Shown: positions 25,015-32,000 of the stretch, piece after piece | Layout of the letters: each line of letters begins with the position of its first letter | Position numbering within the stretch: the first letter of the stretch is position 1 | NCBI RefSeq assembly: GCF_018336915.1 | Contig: NZ_CP064923.1 | Span: 900,001-932,000 of the forward strand | Direction: 5' to 3' | Origin: Acaryochloris marina S15 | Lineage (GTDB): Bacteria > Cyanobacteriota > Cyanobacteriia > Thermosynechococcales > Thermosynechococcaceae | DNA length: 32,000 nucleotides | Program-made: the position numbers and the translations under genes | The notes under the pieces: generated by a model | Told to the model about the DNA's origin: nothing | Databases searched by the model: none | What the model saw: the letters and a program-made list of their open reading frames with translations, nothing else

Positions 25015-26937
25015 TTATTGTTCTATCTGGGTAAGATCAGACTCTGTGGAAGTTTGTCCCTTGGCGAGCTGCAAATCCTCAGCAACTTGGGGATAGCGAG
25101 GCTTCAAGTCATAGGCCGTTTCCAAATGGGGAATCGCTGCCGATGGTTTATTTTGCTGAAGCAACGCTTTTCCTAAGCCATGCAATGCCTCAACGTTGTT
25201 GGCATTGAGTTGAGTTGCCCGTTCAAAATCGGCAATAGCTGCATCCACCTTGCCTTGTGCCAAGAACGCTAACCCCCGCCCGCTGAAGAATTGGTGAGTA
25301 AAAAATAAGTTACGGGGCTGCAGTTTCAGCGCTTTTTCATAAGCCGGAATCGCCTGATCAGGTTTGCCTTGCCGACGTAGAATATTCCCCACAGCAAAGT
25401 GACCTACCGCAAAATCGGGATCGAGCTGAACCGCCTGCCGATAATGCTGTAATGCCAAGTCATATTGTTTCAGGTCAAAGTAAATCTGCCCCATTAAAGT
25501 TTCCACCCTCGCTTCTGGAGTAGTATCAAGACCCATCATATCCAGTGGGAACAAGTCCTTTTTTAAAGTTGTTTGCAGAATCTGACGAGCTTCTTGCTTT
25601 TGGCCCGATTGGAGCAGAACATTACTGAGAGTAATCGCCATAAAAGGACTATCTGTAGGGCCAGCTTGACGGAGAACTTTCAAAGCTGCCTCTACTTGGC
25701 CATTTCCGGCCAATGCACTGCCAAGATTGACTGCGAGGGCCTCTGCCCCGAAAGTGCTTGGATTCGCATTGTAAAGATCTTGTGCCCGATTTAGAACGGC
25801 AATGGCCTCATCCCAACGCTCTAATTCGGCGAGCACCACCCCCAATTCATTCAATGTACGGGCATCTTTGGGTTGTAGAGCCGCAAGCTTTTGATATGCA
25901 TCAACCGCAGGTTCTAACCGATTCAGTTTTTTAAGAGCTGTCGCTAACCACTTGTAAGCATCTGCATCTAACTTGGCATCATTCTGTTGAGAAGAAGAGT
26001 TTGAACCTAAAAATTGCCGATATTGAGAAAAAGCTCCCTCGAAATCTTCCTTTCGAATCAGGGCATCACCGATTAGAGCATGGGTAGCCTGGCTTTTAGG
26101 GGAGAGTTTCAGCTGCTGAGAATAGTTGGCAATCGCTTCATCCCAACGTCTCTGCAATGAATAGTTTTGTCCCAAGACTAAATAGGCATCTGTGTATTGC
26201 AAATCAAGGGCAATGGCATTTTCCAGAAACGGTACTCCTCGTTTTAACTGCTTAGTCGTAGTTAAGAACTTACCCACACGAAAATAAGCCCGAGCGTTGA
26301 TTTGCCTAGGAGTCAATGATGTTGATTTTTTTAATAGAACTGCCTGGCGAAAAGACTTCAAGGCCAGTTCAAATTTTTTGGCTTTCACTTGAGTTTGGCC
26401 CAAGTTGTTCCAAATTGCAGCATTCTTGGGCGTGAGTCGGGTCGCGTAATCGAAGGTTGCGATCGCACGTTCCAGTTCCCCTACCACAACCAAATTTTCA
26501 CCTAACTCATTGTAGGCAAGCCCATCAATTTCTTTAGCAGAGAGCGTCTTAGATTTAGATTGATGATATTGACGGTAAATATTGAGGGCTTGGGTGAGTT
26601 TTTGCTGTCTAACTCGGACTCTAGCAATATCGAACTGGTACTGGGCATGCCAGCTTTGCAAGGTCTTCCCCCGTTCAAAAGCGGCAATCGCTTCATCAAA
26701 TTTTTGACAGTTTTCGAATGCCTGCCCCAGAGCGTGATATCCCCCCGCAATTTCATGCTTGGGGGTTTTGGCTAAAGCCTTTTCCAGATCTGCCTGCATC
26801 CCAGTCCAGTCCTGGGCACATTCTGCTTCCGTCGGTGGTGGAAACGGTGGAAACGCAAGTTGTAGTTTTAACTGAGCCCGACTGGGCATTGCCGATAAAG
26901 CCAAGACTAATGCAAGGGGCAGCGTAAATCGACGCAT
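25015..26937 (-). CDS. Secreted/periplasmic TPR-repeat protein
   Basis: Signal peptide MRRFTLPLALVLALSAMPSRA|Q, then about 15 or more 34-residue TPR-like units (recurrent A..Y..A..L.P....A...LG pattern) over 640 aa. Confidence 0.85.
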   Translation of the reverse strand: MRRFTLPLALVLALSAMPSRAQLKLQLAFPPFPPPTEAECAQDWTGMQADLEKALAKTPKHEIAGGYHALGQAFENCQKFDEAIAAFERGKTLQSWHAQYQFDIARVRVRQQKLTQALNIYRQYHQSKSKTLSAKEIDGLAYNELGENLVVVGELERAIATFDYATRLTPKNAAIWNNLGQTQVKAKKFELALKSFRQAVLLKKSTSLTPRQINARAYFRVGKFLTTTKQLKRGVPFLENAIALDLQYTDAYLVLGQNYSLQRRWDEAIANYSQQLKLSPKSQATHALIGDALIRKEDFEGAFSQYRQFLGSNSSSQQNDAKLDADAYKWLATALKKLNRLEPAVDAYQKLAALQPKDARTLNELGVVLAELERWDEAIAVLNRAQDLYNANPSTFGAEALAVNLGSALAGNGQVEAALKVLRQAGPTDSPFMAITLSNVLLQSGQKQEARQILQTTLKKDLFPLDMMGLDTTPEARVETLMGQIYFDLKQYDLALQHYRQAVQLDPDFAVGHFAVGNILRRQGKPDQAIPAYEKALKLQPRNLFFTHQFFSGRGLAFLAQGKVDAAIADFERATQLNANNVEALHGLGKALLQQNKPSAAIPHLETAYDLKPRYPQVAEDLQLAKGQTSTESDLTQIEQ

Positions 26938-27103
26938 GCGTTAATCATCCTTCCGTAGTGTAAAAAGCCAGTAATTAAGAAGCAACAGCATTGATGAAAA
27001 TCAGGAAAAAGCCTGTCTGCCCCCATGTCTATTTATTAGGTCAACCTGAATGAGGTTATGCAGATACATCTGAAATCATAGGAGTTTCCCTCACCACAAA
27101 ATA

Positions 27104-27121
27104 TGAGAGATATCACTCTCA
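27104..27121 (-). terminator. Possible weak intrinsic terminator after ruvB
   Basis: On the minus strand, TGAGAG-TGATAT-CTCTCA (6-bp stem) is followed by TATTTTG, about 65 nt downstream of the ruvB stop. The stem is short, so confidence is low. Confidence 0.25.
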
Positions 27122-27185
27122 CAAGTGGACTTGATCACAGACATCACTGCTGTAGCACATTCACTACAAGCCCCAACAGGCTGAC

Positions 27186-28301
27186 TCAGGAGATTAACCG
27201 CATTTGTTCATCGGGCGGTTGATAACCCAGATGGGTCCATGCCGCAGGCGTTGCCACTCGGCCTCTAGGCGTCCGGTTCAGATAGCCGATCTGCATCAGA
27301 TACGGCTCATAAACCTCTTCAATCGTCTGGGAATCTTCCCCCGTCGCCGCAGCTAGAGTATCTACCCCCACTGGGCCACCGTTATATTGCTCAATCATCA
27401 CCGTTAGTAAGCGGCGATCTGTCCAGTCCAATCCGCAAGGATCGACATTAAACAGCTCTAACGCTTCCTTGGCAATAGTTGGGGTAATGTCCCCCGAATA
27501 CTTCACCTCCGCATAATCTCGCACCCGTTTCAGTAAGCGGTTAGCAATACGAGGCGTGCCTCTGGATCGTCGAGCGACTTCTGCTGCCGCATCTGGGGTA
27601 ATGGAGACCTTGAGAATATCCGCCGTCCGCAACACGATTTTCTCCAGCTCATCGGCTTCATAAAAGCGCAACCGTTGAACAAAGCCAAATCGGTCTCGCA
27701 GGGGTGACGTCAGCGCCCCCACCCGAGTGGTGGCCCCGACTAAAGTAAAAGGCTTTAAGGGCAAACTGCGAATTCGTGCTGACTGGCCCTTGCCAATCGT
27801 GATATCTAGCCGAAAATCTTCCATGGCTGGGTAGAGCAGCTCTTCCGTCATCCTCGACAGCCGATGGATTTCATCGATAAACAAAATATCACGGGGCTGC
27901 AGGTTGACCAGCAAACCGACAATGTCACGGGGCCGTTCTAGGGCAGGTGCACTCGTGACTTTACAATTCACCCCTAACTCAGACGCCAAGATCAGCGAAA
28001 TCGTTGTTTTCCCAAGTCCCGGCGGCCCATAGAGCAATAGATGGTCCAGGGCTTCTTGTCGCGACTTAGTGGCCTGGATGGCAATATCCAGAACCTCTTT
28101 CAGTTCCCGCTGACCAATATATTCATCAAATTTTTGGGGCCGCAGCTTATCATCCTGCTTGCCCACAGATTCTTCGTTTACCGCTTCAGGCTGCAATAAA
28201 GCATCCGTCTGCTCAGGCTTAGACCGTTTGGCAGACTTCGCCTGAGATGGCTTTTTCGGCTCATCGGGTTGTGGAGATTGCTTAGAGGAGACAATGGCCA
28301 T
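27186..28301 (-). CDS. ruvB: Holliday junction branch-migration helicase RuvB
   Basis: [28 protein letters not shown] (Walker A), [10 protein letters not shown] (Walker B) and [18 protein letters not shown]. The track ORF begins at 28352, but cyanobacterial RuvB proteins start MAI(I/V)SSK.., which corresponds to the ATG at 28301. Confidence 0.95.
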   Translation of the reverse strand: MAIVSSKQSPQPDEPKKPSQAKSAKRSKPEQTDALLQPEAVNEESVGKQDDKLRPQKFDEYIGQRELKEVLDIAIQATKSRQEALDHLLLYGPPGLGKTTISLILASELGVNCKVTSAPALERPRDIVGLLVNLQPRDILFIDEIHRLSRMTEELLYPAMEDFRLDITIGKGQSARIRSLPLKPFTLVGATTRVGALTSPLRDRFGFVQRLRFYEADELEKIVLRTADILKVSITPDAAAEVARRSRGTPRIANRLLKRVRDYAEVKYSGDITPTIAKEALELFNVDPCGLDWTDRRLLTVMIEQYNGGPVGVDTLAAATGEDSQTIEEVYEPYLMQIGYLNRTPRGRVATPAAWTHLGYQPPDEQMRLIS

Positions 28302-28359
28302 AATAGCCTCCATCATAGCGGGCGAAGGCAGTGGGTGGGACATCCCCCCCAATCCCCCA

Positions 28360-29544
28360 CTACCCTTTTACACAGACCACTTGCTTCAAGGTTGCAACCA
28401 CCTCTACCAAGTCAGCCTGATTTGCCATCACCTCTTCAATCGGCTTGTAGGCTCCTGGAATTTCATCCAGAATCCCCTTGTCCTTGCGGCACTCCACCCC
28501 TTGAGTCTGCTCAATCAAATCATCCAGGGTAAAGTGCTTTTTCGCCTTCGTCCGAGACATGGTGCGACCAGCACCGTGACTACAAGAGCAATAGCTTTCC
28601 AGATTCCCTTTACCTTTGACGATGTAGGACTTCGCTCCCATGGAACCAGGGATAATCCCATAGTCTTCTTGACGAGCGCGAACGGCCCCTTTACGAGTGA
28701 CATACACCTGCTCTCCATAGTGCATTTCTTGCTCCGCATAATTGTGATGGCAGTTGACGGATAACACCGGCTTGGTAGGCTTGCCCCCAGCCAAATGCTT
28801 CTCCACAATTCGCTTAAAGCGAGCCATCATCACCTCACGGTTATAGCGGGCATAGTCTTGAGCCCACTGCAAATCACGCCAATAGGCAGCAAACTCAGAG
28901 GTACCAGCTACAAAGTAGGCCAAATCCAGATCCGGCAATTTCATCTCAGCCAGTTTGGCTAGCTCCTTCGCCGTTCTGATATGGTTTTGGGCCAGCATAT
29001 TGCCAATATTGCGAGATCCCGAATGCAGCATCAGCCACACCTGATCGTCCGTATCCACACAGACTTCAATGAAATGGTTACCCCCTCCCAAGGAGCCCAT
29101 TTGCCGTAGGGCTTTTTTCTCCAGGTGCTGTACCCCGGAATGGAGATGCTTAAAGTCCTGCCAACGCTGCCAATTGTAGACCGACTTATCTGCCTCATCA
29201 TTTTGATTGAAACCAACTGGAATCGTTGCCTCAATATCCAGCCGGATTTGCTTGAGGACTTTGCTATCCAGTTGATTGGCGTTGAAAGAGGTTTGCACTG
29301 CTCCCATGCCACAGCCAATATCCACCCCTACAGCCGCAGGAATGACCGCATCCTTTGTGGCAACCACAGATCCCACGAGAGCCCCTTTACCGAGATGTAC
29401 ATCCGGCATCAAGGCTACATGCTTATAGACAAACGGCAGGGAAGCAACATTCTTCGCCATTTTGGTTTCTGCAGGTCCCAGATCATGATTGGCCCAGGAC
29501 AGAACAGACTTTGGTGCTGACAACTTAAGTGGTTGGTAAGACAT
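28360..29544 (-). CDS. rtcB: RNA 3'-phosphate/2',3'-cyclic-phosphate ligase RtcB
   Basis: Diagnostic blocks are [51 protein letters not shown] and SCSHGAGR. 394 aa. Confidence 0.95.
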   Translation of the reverse strand: MSYQPLKLSAPKSVLSWANHDLGPAETKMAKNVASLPFVYKHVALMPDVHLGKGALVGSVVATKDAVIPAAVGVDIGCGMGAVQTSFNANQLDSKVLKQIRLDIEATIPVGFNQNDEADKSVYNWQRWQDFKHLHSGVQHLEKKALRQMGSLGGGNHFIEVCVDTDDQVWLMLHSGSRNIGNMLAQNHIRTAKELAKLAEMKLPDLDLAYFVAGTSEFAAYWRDLQWAQDYARYNREVMMARFKRIVEKHLAGGKPTKPVLSVNCHHNYAEQEMHYGEQVYVTRKGAVRARQEDYGIIPGSMGAKSYIVKGKGNLESYCSCSHGAGRTMSRTKAKKHFTLDDLIEQTQGVECRKDKGILDEIPGAYKPIEEVMANQADLVEVVATLKQVVCVKG

Positions 29545-29852
29545 GGTTGCACCCCCATTCGGAGATATAAAAGATTAATAGCAACATTTCCCAGACCATC
29601 ATGTGACTGATCGCAGGAAGTATTGTAGTACATATACTACATAATATTTTGATATTCGGCAACTTTTCTTTCCCTCAGTTAGTACCTCAGCCCAATCACC
29701 CATTTCAACGCACCATCACTGGAGTATGTTGAATTACCGCCTACAGAAGGGAACGATCACCCCAGGGGAATGGTTACAGCAATATTTCTGAAGTATGGCC
29801 AGACAAGGTATATGTGGGCAGCATTTAGCTGCTAGGTTGAAGTCTATAAGTT

Positions 29853-31322
29853 ATGGCGTTGTCCCATTCAAGTGTTGTGGTTAAATTACCTCACTCTATA
29901 GAACCCTCCACTGGCGATATTCGAGCCCCTCAAAAACTCAGATTTGCCAAAGGCTTGATGGGGCGCTGGCCAAGAATTAGCGCTCTTTTAGTGAGTGATT
30001 TCGTAGCACTAGGTATTGCTTGGGAAATTGCCGCTAAGTTTAATCAGTTTTACGCTCCCATCCCCCCCCAACTCATTGGGTGGTCTTGGCTAGGACTTCC
30101 CAGTCTATTTTGGGCGTTTTCCAGCATGATGGTCATCGTTCTTGCCTGTGGAGGACTTTACAACACCTCGGGAGCCTGGAAACACTATGTTCGGGCAGGC
30201 CAGTTAGTCAGTTTGACCTATCTATGGTCATTGGTGATCAGCTATTTTTATGACCCCAAGCTGGATGCCCCACGATCACTGTTTTTTACTGCTTGGTTCA
30301 GCAGTGTGGTGATGGTGATTGGTTTACGACTCATTACTACCCTTGTCTTAGAACAAATCGGCCTATTCCACCGCAGTAAAATTCCTGTCTTTATCATTGC
30401 ACCTGCCGACCGCTTACCCATCCTTGCCCAAGTGATCCAGCAGCAGTCACAATATCGAATCGTCGGCGCTGCCCTCTCTGCTACCGCCAATGCCAGTAGC
30501 ATGATGCAGTTGATCTGCAAGACCTCTGCCGTCGAAGTGCTTGCAGAAGGTCTGCCCCAAACCGATTTAGCTTCCATGCTGTATTGGCAACTCAGGCGAG
30601 AAGGCATTACTCTCCGCCTGCTGCCATCTAGCGTGGAAATGCTCCATCGGCGGGGTATTCCTGAAATGTTTGCCCATATTCCCACGTTACGCACGGAAGC
30701 ACCGCTATTAGGTGGACTCGATTATCAAGTCAAGCGTCTCATCGATATGGGTGCTGCCCTAGGACTCCTCATATTGCTAGTTCCCGTATTTGTAGGCATT
30801 GCCCTTTCCACAAAACTCACCTCTCCTGGGCCAGTTTTCTTTTGCCAAGAGCGGGTAGGGCTGGGGGGGCAGATATTCCAAATGTGGAAGTTTCGGACAA
30901 TGGTGGTCAATGCGGAGGCCTTACAAGCCAAGCTAGAATCCCAAAATCAAAATAAAGATGGCATTCTCTTCAAGGTCAAAGATGACCCACGCCTGACTCA
31001 GCTGGGCAAATTCTTACGTCGCACTAGTCTAGATGAGCTACCGCAACTCATCAACGTCCTGTTAGGACAAATGAGCCTTGTGGGGCCTCGTCCATTGCCC
31101 ATTAGAGATGTAGAACGGTTCGACTCCTGGCATCATATTCGCCACCATGTTGTCCCCGGCATGACGGGACTATGGCAGATTTCAGGTCGCTCAAAAGTTG
31201 GCAACTTCAATGAGGCGGCCCGCCTAGACCTGTATTACATCGATAACTGGTCCCTAAACCTGGACCTTGAGATATTGGTGGAAACGGCAAGAATAGTGTT
31301 GTTTGGCTATGGGGCGTACTAA
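29853..31322 (+). CDS. Polyprenyl-phosphate hexose-1-phosphate transferase (WbaP/WcaJ-type, Bac_transf domain) for exopolysaccharide/O-antigen initiation
   Basis: N-terminal TM helices plus the C-terminal catalytic block [62 protein letters not shown]. Confidence 0.9.
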   Translation: MALSHSSVVVKLPHSIEPSTGDIRAPQKLRFAKGLMGRWPRISALLVSDFVALGIAWEIAAKFNQFYAPIPPQLIGWSWLGLPSLFWAFSSMMVIVLACGGLYNTSGAWKHYVRAGQLVSLTYLWSLVISYFYDPKLDAPRSLFFTAWFSSVVMVIGLRLITTLVLEQIGLFHRSKIPVFIIAPADRLPILAQVIQQQSQYRIVGAALSATANASSMMQLICKTSAVEVLAEGLPQTDLASMLYWQLRREGITLRLLPSSVEMLHRRGIPEMFAHIPTLRTEAPLLGGLDYQVKRLIDMGAALGLLILLVPVFVGIALSTKLTSPGPVFFCQERVGLGGQIFQMWKFRTMVVNAEALQAKLESQNQNKDGILFKVKDDPRLTQLGKFLRRTSLDELPQLINVLLGQMSLVGPRPLPIRDVERFDSWHHIRHHVVPGMTGLWQISGRSKVGNFNEAARLDLYYIDNWSLNLDLEILVETARIVLFGYGAY

Positions 31323-32000
31323 ATTGTAGGGAAAAGTACCCACCATAAAAATAAAGTCCCTTCGGTATTAACGACCATCATGCCTGTAAAGGGGTAGACT
31401 CGCTAATTTGCGTCTTGCTCTTTCGAGACAAGTTGCCGTTTCGAGGACTTAACTGAGCTATACGGGGGGATCGATAGCCCATCTGTATACGAGTATAAAC
31501 CGATTTATTCTCCATGACTACAAATAGCCATTAAATTTCTATTTAATTTGCCCTATAGAAATGAATAAAAAGCGTGAAAAGACTTATGGGAAAGGATTAC
31601 AGTAGATTAACATTCCCTTACAAAATCAGTTCTCACATTACAGGATGCTTGATTATTCTGCCAGACCTAAAAAGTGATATAAATCACATTCGCTTATCTT
31701 CAAACCCTTCAACAAGTGCCAGTTGTCGTGCAGCAATGAACGAGCTGTTCATTGCTTAGCCTCAACATTTAGCGTTGGCACAATCCCTTCATTAAACCAA
31801 TGGGTGTCTTATTCTGGGCCAATCGTCGGTCCTTTCAATTCTCAGCTATTCCAGAGCACAGACCCTGGTGATTGATCTAAAAACTCCTATCACTAAAAAT
31901 GCTGAAGTGGGTGCACAAAGCGTTCCTATATCAGTGACGACCCCCTACTCGTATTTCAGAAGCAGCAACAGAGTCTGATGTTCGAACACATCTATACCAA

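Noticed and set aside
24958-25176. 72-aa plus-strand ORF
   Set aside because: It is mostly antisense to the 3' end of the TPR gene and has no motif.
28302-28352. 17-codon N-terminal extension of ruvB ([17 protein letters not shown])
   Set aside because: Cyanobacterial RuvB proteins start MAI(I/V)SSK, and the internal ATG at 28301 reproduces that N-terminus.
28269-29520. Plus-strand ORFs 28269..28532, 28294..28764 and 29125..29520
   Set aside because: They are antisense within ruvB and rtcB, whose identities are unambiguous. These are shadow ORFs.
30248-30694. 148-aa minus-strand ORF
   Set aside because: It is antisense to the glycosylphosphotransferase gene and has no recognisable motif.
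31574-31759. 61-aa plus-strand ORF in the right-end spacer
   Set aside because: It begins with GTG in AT-rich non-coding-looking DNA and has no SD or motif. It overlaps the hairpin at 31733-31755 and is probably spurious.
31841-31853. 13-nt match TCAGCTATTCCAG shared with the IS256 right end (22943-22955)
   Set aside because: The flanking sequence does not align beyond the 13-mer. It is too short to call an IS remnant.
31960-32000. tRNA-like T-arm (GATGTTCGAACACATC) near the right edge
   Set aside because: The loop would be 6 nt rather than 7, and TGTTCGAACA is simply a perfect palindrome. I found no matching acceptor 5' strand, D-arm or anticodon arm upstream.
1-32000. CRISPR arrays, rRNA genes and tandem repeats
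   Set aside because: I saw no regularly spaced direct repeats or rRNA-like conserved blocks on either strand. The only dispersed repeats are HIP1 octamers and the IS-derived sequences already listed.

Overview
This looks like a cyanobacterial chromosome segment. I found nine perfect HIP1 octamers (GCGATCGC) by eye and the gene content is typically cyanobacterial; the species cannot be determined from the sequence alone. All family assignments are motif recognition from the supplied translations, not computed searches. 1-13.1 kb holds the end of a membrane redox operon (ferric-reductase-like TM protein plus two small membrane proteins), a lipoprotein, alkB, an EamA transporter, a small orphan ORF, ung, a relic of a kinase-type P-loop gene, an FAD oxidoreductase and a damaged TPM-domain gene. 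It also holds a translationally overlapped pair of AAA_35-type STAND-like NTPases (HTH-NTPase, then NTPase-TM-7xWD40) and an orphan sugar-type binding lipoprotein. 13.1-16.4 kb is a 670-bp AT-rich gene-free spacer followed by a tight three-gene operon: a PspA/IM30-like protein, a membrane-anchored PBP-like + OmpA_C protein, and a small HDxxH protein. 16.4-25.0 kb is a HIP1-free, visibly AT-richer patch. It contains one large gene with a Cap12/PycTIR-type TIR-like N-terminus, an unplaced middle domain and a YbaK-like C-terminus, which is the best candidate here for an undescribed defence/effector protein. The patch also contains an IS-flanked type I asparaginase paralogue and four IS families: IS1634-like (6-bp TSD), IS256 (8-bp TSD), and ISKra4-like (9-bp TSD, in-frame TGA) nested inside an IS630-like relic. 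25-32 kb holds a TPR protein, ruvB, rtcB and a polyprenyl glycosylphosphotransferase. A 106-bp deletion derivative of the IS1634-like element (7924-8029) supplies the C-terminus and stop codon of the TPM gene. I recognised no rRNA, tRNA or CRISPR array.
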